Positions 13,383 to 26,230 of a stretch of 64,000 nucleotides of DNA are shown piece by piece. The position numbers were made by a program, and so were the translations under genes. The DNA comes from the human T2T-CHM13v2.0 reference genome, Homo sapiens: the NCBI RefSeq assembly GCF_009914755.1, contig NC_060929.1; one strand, given 5' to 3'. Under the pieces are notes generated by a model that was not told the DNA's origin, made no database searches, and saw nothing but the letters and a program-made list of their open reading frames with translations. How positions within the stretch are numbered: position 1 is the first letter of the stretch; each line of letters starts with the position of its first letter.

Positions 13383-14419
13383 CATGTATATTTGTTATCC
13401 AATCACTTTTAAGAATAAAGAATGGGGCTCATTATTCTAGTTAATTTGTGTAGGTTTCCTCCGCTGCTGTGTGAATAGGTCTTTTCTCAAAAACTCCCCT
13501 TCACTGCTTTGAAATTTGACTGGCAGTTTATGTATGTAGGCAAGGGCGTGTTAAACGACCTGCTTTGTTTCAATATGAGTGATATGGATATCAGCTGACA
13601 GGTTGCAGTTTCCCTAAATGCTAAAACAAAGAGGTTTTAAACCTCTATACCCCCAATAAAAGCCTAAGCAGTTCAGCCACTTTATTTATCAAGGAGATTC
13701 CACTTGCTGGTGTAGGGAAAGAGGGATGAGAGGCACTGGGGAGAAATTTGGTTCAAAGACCTCCGGATAATCCCGTTTGCTCGACTTCCCATGTCTGCCT
13801 TCTGCCTCATTTGCCAACTTCATTTGGTGCCTCCAGTGAGAATACTGACTTTCACCTCCACCTCCACTGCAGTCTGCTCTTACTGGATTTGCATCTGCAC
13901 TTTGCTCTGCTCCATTTCATATTTCAATAGGTTTTTATTCTCTTTCTGTATTTCAAAAATGTGTTGGAATCTCTGTTCAGATGTTAACTCTCTCCAATTA
14001 TCTTCTTTGTTAATGAAATCCATTTTTTGTTACTTTTATATATCTTAAAATCACTAGGATTTCCAGGGAGTCCTGAGATTGATGGGAAGTTTGTTGCTCA
14101 TTCTACTCTCTTGATCCGGAACTGACATCACAAATATTATTGTTGAGATCACTGCAGATTACCAGTTAATGACTTATCCCCCACCCTGCCCCACCCCGCT
14201 TCTTGATTCTGGAGCAATTGACAACAAAGCTAAAAGTCTTGTCTCAAAAAAAAAAAAAAAAAGACCACACATAAACAGTGACAATTGATGCATTATCTCT
14301 TCCAAAAACAGAAACCATGACTAATAGATGTTTGACTCTAATTGCTTCAATCAGTTAAGTCATTCCTTCTTCCTAGGAGGAGAAGTAAGAAGTAAAGAGA
14401 ATAGCTGGTGCTTGATCCC

Positions 14420-14881
14420 TGTCTTAACCCATTTGGGGTGCTGTAAAGGGATGCCTGAGGCTGGACAGTTCATAAAGAAAAGAGGCTTAATTGGCTCATA
14501 GTGCTGCAGGTTGTACAAGAAGCATGGCACCAGCATCTGCTTGGCTTCTGGTGAGGGCTTTTGTGCTGCATCAAAACATGGCCTAGGAAGTCAAAGGGGA
14601 AGCAGGCATGTATGAAGTGGGACCAAACAGGAAGTGGGACCTCTCTTTCTTTATAACAACCCATGCTCAAGGGAAATAACCCATTCCCATGAGGACTAAT
14701 TCTGTCTAGCCAGAAGGAGAACGCACACTCATTACCTGGAGGATAGCACCAAGCCTTTCATGAAGAATCTGCCCCCAGGACCCAAATATCTTTCACTAGG
14801 CCCAACCACACCACCACAAATTGGGGATCAAATTTCAACATGAGCTTTGGGTGAGGACAAACAAATAACCAAATCACAGCA
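14420..14881 (-). mobile_element. MaLR solo LTR (MSTB-like)
   Basis: Contains 'ataaagaaaagaggcttaattggctcatag' and 'ggggatcaaatttcaacatgag'. TSD atccc/gtccc. Confidence 0.88.
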
Positions 14882-14964
14882 GTCCCAAAGACTTGCCTGT
14901 GTGGTGAGAAGTATTAGTAAGTTCCTGTTTTTGAGCTGGGTAGGAATACAGAGTGTAACATGGT

Positions 14965-15090
14965 AGAGATATCCTTTTCCATTTATTTTACAGCTAAAGT
15001 ACCTGAAACTTTGGAGGTTAAATGACTGGCTCGAGGGTATGGAATTGATAAATGATAAAGTTGGATTCTTAGATTTCTAACTTGGCGCCC
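14965..15090 (-). mobile_element. MIR fragment
   Basis: 'ttttacagctaaagtacctgaaactttggaggttaaatgactggctcgaggg' is a degenerate MIR core. Confidence 0.6.
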
Positions 15091-16059
15091 TTTAATTCTT
15101 CAATGCTGCATCCCTGCTCTATGTTATGGTACTATGACCTCAAACATCAAAACACGAAATCTTCAAAGACGTATTTGATGAAGTTAAAAATATTTATTAA
15201 TATTTAGAACTATCTTCTCACATGATCACAATACTGTAATTCCTAAGGTAAGAAAGGGAGCTAATATAGTTTAGAAATTCCAAAAAATATACTAGAAGCA
15301 AAAACATTTTCAAGTTCTCACTAATCTACAACATCTTATTAACCAGAATTTCTGTGCCCTTTGCCTCACTTTTCAGGCTTTCTGGTATATAGTTTTCTAA
15401 CACAGAAAATATTTTTATTTTCTGAATTTCTCATTTCAGTCTTTGAGTTTCTTAGGAAATAGTTGACTCCATTCCTATAAGTGCCCAGTAGTAAATCACA
15501 AGTGTCTGTATTTCTTAGTGCCAGAAAAAGCACAAAACGAAAAGGCTCCCTCAGGAGACATACATGTTGTGAGCTTCCATGACCGGCAGATGGATGGAAT
15601 TTGGTGAAAGTCCATTTTACATGTGGATGGCTCCTAACATAGCTCTTCTCACAAAATAGCTGGTGATGACATTTGGCCATTTTCATGAAGCATCTCATTT
15701 TTTCCTCTGCTCAGCTTGAGATTGGTTCCTGAATTACAATCTCTGGCAGCACAGCTGAAACAGGAAACATTAAGTTGCTGGCACAGAGAAACCCCTTTCC
15801 TTTCCTTTACCCTGAGATTCCATTAAAGCATCTCAGCTAAAAGTTTTTATAATAGGTATTTCCATGTATTTGAGAAAAAGGAAACAACTAGCTGAAATAA
15901 AGCTTTCTGATGTTTTGTCCTTCATAACAAAAAAAATGATAAAGTAAAGAGAACATACTATCCAGGTAATTTAGCTAATTCAAAACCATATTTGTGACCT
16001 GACCATCTCAATAGTTTAGAAACAGTCTTTCTTCCATCATTTCAATATCTATAGAGGAC

Positions 16060-16530
16060 CTCCGATGTGTTATGTACTGGATGACCAGGGCTGAGACCCT
16101 ACTTTTAAGGAGCTCGTAAGTCTGGAGAGGGAGACAGAAGAATGAACTATTAAGTACAGTATTACATATTCCACACCACGCTGGGATGTGCTTTAGGCAA
16201 GTGTAGGAATACAGGATAATGAAGAAGAGCAGCTTATCTATCCAGTGCAAAGGGTAGGGGTGGCATGAGAGATGAACATGATCTTTGAACTTAACCCTAA
16301 TTTAAAAAAAAAGACAGACTTTCCAAAAAGACAAGATATGAAAGGGTATCCTAGGCAGAAGGAGTGGAATATTTAGATAAGGAGGCATGAAAGAGGAAAG
16401 TGTGCTCTGAGCACAAAGCCTTTAGAGCTAGAGCAGAGCATGAGGTGAAGGGAAGGTAGATGACATCAGAGAATGGAAAAATGGTGTTGTTGACATGGCA
16501 ATAGTTTGAACTTTGTCCTCCAGACCCATC
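16060..16530 (-). mobile_element. L2 fragment
   Basis: 'ccctacttttaaggagctcgtaagtctggagagggagacag' followed by purine-rich L2-like sequence. Confidence 0.6.
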
Positions 16531-16753
16531 TTTCCGATATCTGTGAGTTTCTTACATGCTTTTGCAGACTGGAATTTCTGGTGGTGCAGTAGAATAAACT
16601 TGCATCTCTAATTACTGCAGAATTTTTTCAGTCATGGTTTGAGCACAACTGCATCCTGCCCTGATCATGTGAAGAAGGAAATATTCCCTCATGTTTCATG
16701 GACACATGCTTTCCTGAACCCAGCCTGGCACTTCTCTGAGTGGCTTCGCTTAC

Positions 16754-16905
16754 CTGCAGCAACCTGCGCTGCTGCTGCTCCATCCATCTCGGGATCGCCT
16801 CCATTCAGTGTTTCGTGTGAGAGGTGGCTCTGTCAGAGGATTAGCCCCCGCTGGAGCTAACGAAACCACATATGTACGCATTGCCCCAAATGTAGCAATA
16901 CGCCT
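16754..16905 (-). other. Candidate internal exon (152 nt), probably non-coding or UTR
   Basis: Minus strand: acceptor 'gaatttgtcattttcag|AGG' and donor 'CAG|gtaagc'. Non-repetitive and locally CpG-rich. Confidence 0.45.
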
Positions 16906-17094
16906 CTGAAAATGACAAATTCAGAAAATGATCCGTTGAAATTAAGTGGATGGTGACAAGAAAACATTTGTGCATTAGAAACTTAATTCTGAAGGATGAA
17001 TTATCTACCTACATCATGGTCAGAACTTTAGGTAGTATCTATGGGATGAAAATGCACACATTTAAATTTATATAAATACACAATAATTTTAGAA

Positions 17095-17360
17095 AGCAGT
17101 ATAGCATTGAGGTTAAGAGCCTAGGCTCTGGAGCAAATCAGCCTGGATCCAAATCATTGATCTCCTACTAGCCTATTTTTATGACATTATATAGAGAATT
17201 ATAAAACATCTCTGTACTTCTGTTTCTTTATCTGTAAAGTGGGGGTTATAATAGCACTTATTTATTGGAGTTGTGAGGATTAAATGTAATAGTACGTATA
17301 AAGCAATTAGAATAATATCTGGCACAGAATTTATGCTCAGTAAAAGTTAGCTGTTATAAT
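17095..17360 (+). mobile_element. MIR SINE (near full length)
   Basis: 'gcagtatagcattgaggttaagagcctaggctctggagc...tttctttatctgtaaagtgggg...tggcacag'. Confidence 0.88.
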
Positions 17361-17519
17361 AAGATAAATTGATAGGATAAAGGAAGAAGGAAAAGAGGAG
17401 ACATAGGGTAACTTGAACAATGGGAATGATAATTGATTGTATGGAAGGAATCTAGAAGGAGGTAAAAGCAAGAATCTAGAAGGAAAGAATCTAGAAGGAG
17501 GTAAAAATTGGGGGAAGAT

Positions 17520-17735
17520 CATGAAAGAAGAAAGAATTTCAGTATTTGAGGTGTTAAATGTGAAGAGGTTGTGATATACATAAAGTGAGATGCCAAGTAG
17601 TCAGTTGGGTATATGTAAGTTGGAGGCTTATATGAAAGATGGGTGTGAGGATATAAATTTTGGGAACTCCAGTTTACAGGTGAAAGTTGGGGCCATTAGG
17701 TTATAGGAGACTGCCATTGAGAGAGTGAGGAGAAA
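17520..17735 (-). mobile_element. L2 fragment
   Basis: 'gtgagatgccaagtagtcagttgggtatatg...gatataaattttggga'. Confidence 0.6.
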
Positions 17736-19143
17736 ACCCAATTTATCCTTAAGATAATTGCTTAAAATATTCAGATAATTTCCTCTTTTTTCCTCTTTAA
17801 GTTAATGCAGTTTTATTTTTCTGATGATGCAAGTAATACATGTTTTCTGCATAAAATTCTGGCTGATCTTCTTAATGGTCATTTTTAAAAAATTGTGATT
17901 CTTCCCCACGAGTTAGCCTTTGCTTGAGGAGAAAATCTTCTTGAGTTACCCCACATTGGGACTTTCACCACAAGACAAAATGCAAAAGTACCTCCTGCTC
18001 TGTTGTCTTCAGTGAAGGCCAAACAAAAGTAATCAGCTGGAGTTCTCCCCTCCTTAGATGAAAGCCCAGCTGTGTCCTGTCCAGACAGGGAGCTTGGAGC
18101 CAAGCGGCGGGGGGATAGGCCACTTACTCTGTGATGGAGGATAAATAGTGGGGCCCTTTGTGCTGCTGGCACGTTGGCAGGGCAGGCTGGTATTAGAGGA
18201 GAAAGCCTATGATTACTTCAAACACAGACATTTTCCCTCCAGTGGTGTTACTGTGCAGCCTGGAAGTTAAACTGCAAAGTGACCACCAGGGCACTTCCAC
18301 GGCTCCAATGCAGCAGCCCCTGGTGAGAAGGAGGGCTACCGCCTGCCTAGGGGTGCTGAGGCCTAGGATCTGTGGCCCCTTCGGAGGGAAATGGATTCAG
18401 AAAGTCTTTCCACAGTGAACCTGTGCAAGCCTTATGAGTGCTGTCCCCTCTCCATCTGCCATTTCCAGCTTCTGGATCTGGACACGTCCACGGTAGATAA
18501 ACCAGCAGGCCGACTCAGCTTGGGCACAGACACTAGCAAAGCTGAGCCACCAACCCCATGCCAATGAGCAAAGTTAAGCTTCGTGAAATCACACAGGTTT
18601 TAGCAATCAAAACATCTAGAAAAAAGCAATTTTGATTTCAGCATTCCTGCAAGTTGTGCTTCACTCTTTAGGTCTTATTCTGATCACTAACGTGGAGGAC
18701 TCATCATATTTTTATGCTAAGAGCTTCTAAAGCTTAATTGACCCTTAGCAAATCACCAAAACAGATGCTCAGTGCCGGTATTATGGGGTGGTAGATGGTG
18801 AGCAGAGAATATCTATTCCAATCTATTTCTAAGACTATGACCATTTCCCTTGCATGTGGGGAGGAAGAAACAACCTAATGTTCTCTTTCCAGGCTCTTGG
18901 TCAGTTGTTTTCATGCATCTGGTCGCCCTCCTCAGCTGAGATACGAATAGAGATACAAATAGAGGATCTGCTGCTTTTGGCATTTTATTCCCTGCTGCCT
19001 CCTTACAGCCAGCTTTAGATTTACCACTCACCCTCAGTTACTCTGTTGGCTGCAATTCTACTCTGCTACTGCTTATAGACCTAACATTCCTTGGACAACT
19101 CCTCAGTATTTTAGGAAGTTTTCATGATGTTATCCTGTATTCT

Positions 19144-19449
<306 letters not shown>

Positions 19450-21059
19450 GTCCTGTATTCTTTGAGTATGCTTTGTCCAAGTGTCGTTAAATGCTGCAGA
19501 GGGTTACTGATTACTATAAATCACACCAGGCAAGGCCAACACATGGTGAACTCTCTTCTTGAACCTCCAGAGAATCTAAGTATGTAAAGTTAGAAACAAA
19601 CAAACAACAACAACAAAGCCATGGCCAGTCTGAAAGCAACTGCAAAACCCTCAAAGATTTTGCCTCTTGGCCACGAAAGCTTATTGTATGGGACACCTCA
19701 AATTTTTCACCCACTCTTTCTTCTTACTTTCTTTCCTTTTGCTTTTCTTGGGGTTTCCGATTGCAGGACGGCAACGATGTCACCATACAGAGCTCATGGC
19801 AGTTAGTCGGAGGATGCTACTTAAATCCTGACACTTACCCTACATTTACCATCCTCAGTCTTTCCTCAATCTTAGAGTCATGCCTTCGTCTCCCCAAATA
19901 TCCCCTTCTCTCTCCTATTTTTCTATCACCCTCCCCCTTCAACACATATTTCCATTAGGAAGGCCAAGGGGAAAATAACCCACTAACCTCTAAGAAAAAA
20001 AGACCTTGGGTTTTCTTGTTGATGTTGAAGGAAAAAGAGACATCAACAGGACACCTCCTCCATCCCTTTAAATCCTAGCTACTACTAGGATTTGACTGAT
20101 TTCCAACTCTGAAAAGGCTTCAGAAAATACTCAGCAACTCTGCAAACATGAGTAAGAGAATTTTGATAGATTAGGAACAAATGTTAACAGTCAAGATATT
20201 CTAAGAATGTTCTGCCTTTTCTATCCAGAAATATTTCAGTTGTGCTCCCTTTAAAAGACACAATTCGTTGTGTAACATATCTGACCTTTGACCCTTAGGA
20301 TGTGGGGTATCAGGTGGTGATGGTGGGAGGGAGGCTTTTGCAGTCACTCTCTAGAATGAGCCTCTTCTTTAATAAGAAAAGGGTGGTTCTCACACCAAAC
20401 ATGGGAAAACAAATATTTTGAAAAGCAAACCTTTTTTGAAAAGCAAAAACAAATATTTTGAAAGCAAAAACCTTGGAAAGAAAAGCTTTAATGTCTATAA
20501 TTCGTTCATGTCGTTTATCGCAATCTAAGTGGGAGTTGACTTGAACACACTGTGTGGGTGTGGGTGTGTGTGTACAAGAGAAGGATTGGGTAGGATTTCC
20601 CCCAACTCTGTTTTTTCAGAGGAGTTAAGATGAATTATAGTAAGAGTTGTTTCACTCCCAGAAAAGATTAATTTGGAAAACATTTCTTTTGACACGCTGC
20701 TTATAATTAAAGTAATTCTTCATTTTTCTCTGTTTCCTTTAAGTAAAAACTTGTGGCTTTATTTAACCTTCCATCAATTAACTCTCTCAAAGAAAAATAA
20801 CCCTGAGCCCCATAAACATGCATATTTAATTCTTTATTGACAGAGAACAGAAGAGCAGTGACTGCCACTGGCTGCAAGGACTCCGGCATTACTACAGCTC
20901 CCAAGTCAGATACCCTGTGTGCACCAACCTCCAGTTTCCTGCTTTCTCTGGCAGGGGTTTTGATTCTGAAATCCTGCCTCCTACAAGTTTCACCAGTGCA
21001 TACAGTTAGATACAGTAATTCTACTAAAATTATGCGGTTGGAAATGTTTGCATAGGAAC

Positions 21060-21375
21060 ATTCTTCATTCATCAAGCATGTTTCGATCTCTTTTGTGCTA
21101 GGCACTGAGGACACACTAGTGAGCAAAATAAACATTATCACTTCCTTTGGCTTGTAGTCCAGTGGGGAAGAAAGAAATTAACCAAATAATTAAAATAATA
21201 CACAATTAAAAATAATATAAAGCATTATAAAGAAAAGTACTTCTTGCTTTAAGAATGCCACATTAGGGGAACTGACTTATACAGAGTAAGAGTGTGTTAG
21301 GGGAAGTTGTCAGGAAAGTTATCAGAAAGGTCTTTCCTGAGGATACGTCTGAACTAAGACCTGAAGGATGACTGC
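21060..21375 (-). mobile_element. L2 3' end
   Basis: 'ttcattcatcaagcatg...tgtgctaggcactgaggacac'. Confidence 0.8.
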
Positions 21376-21499
21376 TGTGTTAATACCATGGAATTCCATA
21401 TAGCAATTAAGGACACATGAAGAAAAACATGTATTGAAATAGATGGCCTTCTAAATCTAGTGTTTGGGAAAAATCAAGTTGCAAAATGATATTATGATA

Positions 21500-21992
21500 T
21501 ATTGAATTATTTTTTAACTTTTTTTGTATGCCCTGTTCTTTTTGCCATGTGGCTTTGTAGTAACTTCCTCTAGAATTGTGGATTACATATCCTTGCCCCG
21601 CTGAAACTAGGTTTAGCTGTATCATTGGCTTTGGTTCGTGAAAAGTGGGCAGAAGTGACCATGTGTCAGTTTCAAGGGAGACCTCAGAGACATGGCGTCT
21701 TTCTTCCTATCCTCTTATATTCAGGTGATCTTCTGTGAGATGAGCAAGGCCCAGGTAGCCTCTACCTCTTCATCCCAAACCCAGAACAAACACATATGGA
21801 ACAGACATGAACACAGCCACACCCAGAAGACCCACAGCCTACTCTGCACAGCTACCTGTCTGAGCCCATCTGATTAACCAAACTTTAGCTGACTTGCAAC
21901 CTCATGAGTTTGGGAAAAAATGCTTATTGTGAATCACCTAGTTTTGGGGTAGTTTGCTAGATAGCATTGTTGTAGCAATAATCAACAACACA
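21500..21992 (+). mobile_element. Old MaLR LTR (MLT1H/I-like)
   Basis: Contains 'gtgggcagaagtgaccatgtgtcagtttcaag' and ends 'ttttggggtagtttgctagatagcattgttgtagcaata'. Confidence 0.7.
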
Positions 21993-22235
21993 GTTATACA
22001 ATATAATACCATTTACGTAAATTTTGAAAATCTGTAAAACAAAGCTATGTATTATACACGAATACACATATAATTTAATATCGTAAGAAAAGGAATGGAA
22101 AAGAGATGCACCAGAATCACAATAGTCATTAGGGTACAGTGCTGCCTTTGACAGTATCTGAAGTGTTTCATTTCTTAAAAACAAAACCAAAACCCAAAGT
22201 GTGATTGGCAAGCTTTTAGACGTCAATAGGGCTAG

Positions 22236-22596
<361 letters not shown>

Positions 22597-23831
22597 TCAA
22601 ATTTAACTTTACCCTGGGGTCCATACTGCTTTGCTGTTCAATTTTCACCCACCACACCCTTGCCAATTTAATTTCAAATTGCTTTAAATTGAGGCTGAAC
22701 ACTATACAAATTTGGGGTGTTGCAGATATAATTTATGGGGACTAGCTGGAGAGCCAAAACTTTTATCAGATTATAAATGTTAATGGAACTATCTATATAT
22801 AAGTGATTGATGGCATAATTTGACCCCGCTAATTGATTGTTTTTCACAGAATTACCTCTGCTTCTTGAAGTTCTGGTACTGTCATCCATCACTTCCAGAA
22901 GATGAGAAGAATGTGTTAAATACTTTCACTGAAGGGAGTATTTCCTGTGACTTCTATTATCAATTGTAAAAACTTAATCTCTGGTCTCCCTATTAGACTT
23001 AGTTTCACCAACTATTAATATTAACTACAATATTTATTATAATGCCAAAGTGTACAGATATAAAAAGAAATTAGTTGCAATCTCTGTTTTCTCACAGTTC
23101 TGACACAACTATAAATCAAAACAGATTTATAAATAAATTTAAACAAAATTACAGAAATGATTTTAAAAATCAAAATTAACGGATTATGTGACAGATGATA
23201 TTTGAGGAAATGATGTTACCTCTCACAAGACAGAGAGCTTACATGCCCCACCTCTGTGGGCTTTTGAAGATTCAATTTGAAGTGATACCTAACTATGTGA
23301 TTTGGTGTTTACTTAGTGCAAAGCCATTATTTCTAAATTATCTTTTCTTCCTTTTCTAACTAGCCCATGACAGTAACATGGCATTTTTTGGTTCCAATGA
23401 AATAGTTGGAAGCACTAAAATCCTAAGGTATTGTTCAGCCATAAACATTCAGAATACCCAGATAAGCTTCTCTTAATTTTAGTTTGTCATTGAATTCAAA
23501 ACACAGGATTTTAAAATTATTTTTAGTGATCAGACCCCCTTGAATGAGTAATATTAACTTAGATTTTTTTAAAACTTAAAAATTCTTAATAACCATCTGT
23601 AGACCACCAGAATTGGTATGTTCATGGTGAGTGAAGTCTGATTTTAAGATGTCTCATAATTCCCACTGCCTCAATATTATATTGGACAAAAAAGTATCAC
23701 TCTGTGGCCTCGTTTTAAGGCTTACATCAGTATGGCAGTCTTGGGAATTTAATGTTTCACCTTTCCTGAGAGTAATAAAGGATCTGAAGAGTGAGAACTC
23801 AGGGTAAGTCTCTGCAGATTTAAGCGGACTT

Positions 23832-23975
23832 AGATGGGAATGGTGGCTCATACCTGTAATCTCAACACTTTGGGACACTGAGACAGGGGGACTGCTTGAG
23901 GCCAGGAGCTCAAGACCAGCCTGGGTAACATAGTGAAATCCTGCCTCTAATTTTTTTTTTTACTAGAAAAAAAAG
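23832..23975 (+). mobile_element. Alu monomer (FLAM_C-like)
   Basis: Single left arm 'tgcttgaggccaggagctcaagaccagcctgggtaacatag' followed by a tail. Confidence 0.85.
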
Positions 23976-24762
23976 AAGTTGAAGTCAATTAGAAGACCAG
24001 ACAAAACTCTGGGATATGTAGCTTAAGGTCAGTCCCAATAGACAGATGAAAACCCCTGGAGGTGGGAAATAATGAAAACAATAAGATACATAAAGATATA
24101 AAGTGTTATTACCATTACATATATGTATAGGACACTTGCAAATAGTAGGGGTTAGATCCAGAGCCACCCAACAAAGAGCCTGGGATTCCACCAGTCAACA
24201 CTCCCAGCACTGAGTCTGTAGACTCTCTGGGTTTTTACCAGATGGCCTCAACACAGAAACATCCATTGGATACAGGAGCTCAGAAACCGCTTGTTGATCA
24301 CAGTTGTTTTGCAGAAGTGGCTCTTTATGAGAAGTATTGTGCCCTGTTCTTTACCTCTCATCCTTTCGATGCTCACTTGTTCTAGAAAAAAACTGCTGTG
24401 GAAGTCCCTTCAAAGCAATGTCTTTTCTGAAGGACAATGGAGAGCAGAAGGTGCTTAAAACTTGTTTTCTGCATGAGAATAATGATGGAAAATATTGTGG
24501 GTCTCTCTTAAAAGATGGAACGAAGTTAGCATTTAAGCCACGACTAAGTAAAAGCCATAGACAGAATCAACTAGTTCTTGATCACATTCTGCATGTGCTT
24601 ATAACTGATTGTAAAAATAATAATAATAATAATGATAAAATTAAAAATTGTTCAGGTTAAGAACGCCAGGAACTAGATTAGTTGTTGCTTTCAGTGATTT
24701 GTCATGCAGGGCACTTTTAAGCAATAAGAACTGATAAAAATACTGGCTCCAAACAATATTGG

Positions 24763-25152
<390 letters not shown>

Positions 25153-25780
25153 TAATAATTGTACGGATGTTATCATGCAAGCCTGGTTTACTGAAGGGAA
25201 ATCTCTGGGTCAGGTCTAGACCCAGAATCTAGGTTTTCTAGTAATAACACACTGCAATTCACAGAAGGGGGGCTTTATCCCTGCCTTTGCTTAAATTTGC
25301 TACACTAACTTAGTTTTTTAAAACGCAGTGTGTCAAAGATAGGTTTACTTCCCTCGGGCTTTATTGCCAGATTATGGCATTTATTTCAGTGTTATTCCTA
25401 GTCTGTAACACACTAACAAAAACTTGTGATATACAAAGTAACTGCTAATATTCTAGAGAGTCCCATTAGCTGTGCCCTTACAGTAATATAGAGACTTAGC
25501 AACATACATTTTGAATAATTATGAATCACATATGGGAACAAACATCGTTCTGTAACATCTTGTTCTACTTTAAGTATTTTCAACATTTGCCCCAAGAAAT
25601 CTTGTAATGAACTGCAAGTTTTCTTCTTTCCCCATTGTAGATATGGAGATATGGTATGACACAAGGTGTTTTCAGATACCTCCTGTGACCACTACCATTT
25701 TAAATGTCTGGATGGCACACTCCTCCTGCACTTTGCTATTGGAAGTGGTCCTTGCCAACTAAGGAAATAGCTTTGGTTCA

Positions 25781-26230
25781 TGTATTACTCAGCTAGGGCT
25801 ACCGTAACTCAATGTTACAGGCTGGGTGACAAAAACAACCAAAATTAATTTCTTTACAGTTCTGGAGGCTGAACATCTAAGATCTAGGTTTTTCTCAGGA
25901 TTGGTTTCTCCTGCAGTCTCTCCTTATGGCTTGCAGGTGACTGTCTTCCCCCTGTGCCCTCACATAGCCTTTGCTTTGTGCACGTGCATCTGTGCCATCT
26001 CTCCCTGTTCTCATATTGGATTAAGTTCCCACCCTTATGACCTCATTTAAGTTTTATCACTCTTCAAAAGCTCTATCTGCAAATACACACTAGGATCAGG
26101 TTAAGAACGTGATCCTTACTAAGACTTATTTCCTCTTCAGTAAAGCAACAACTAATCTAGTTCCTGGCATTCTTAACCTGAACAATTTGTCAACATACAA
26201 ATTTTGGGGGACACAATTCAATCTGTGACA
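25781..26230 (-). mobile_element. MaLR solo LTR (MLT1B-like) containing a foreign ~100-bp patch
   Basis: Runs 'tgtattactcagctagggct...cagttctggaggctg...ttttgggggacacaattcaatctgtgaca'. Confidence 0.8.

Noticed and set aside
14232-14262. Severely truncated Alu end ('gtcttgtctc' + poly(A))
   Set aside because: It is too short to assign and has no TSD.
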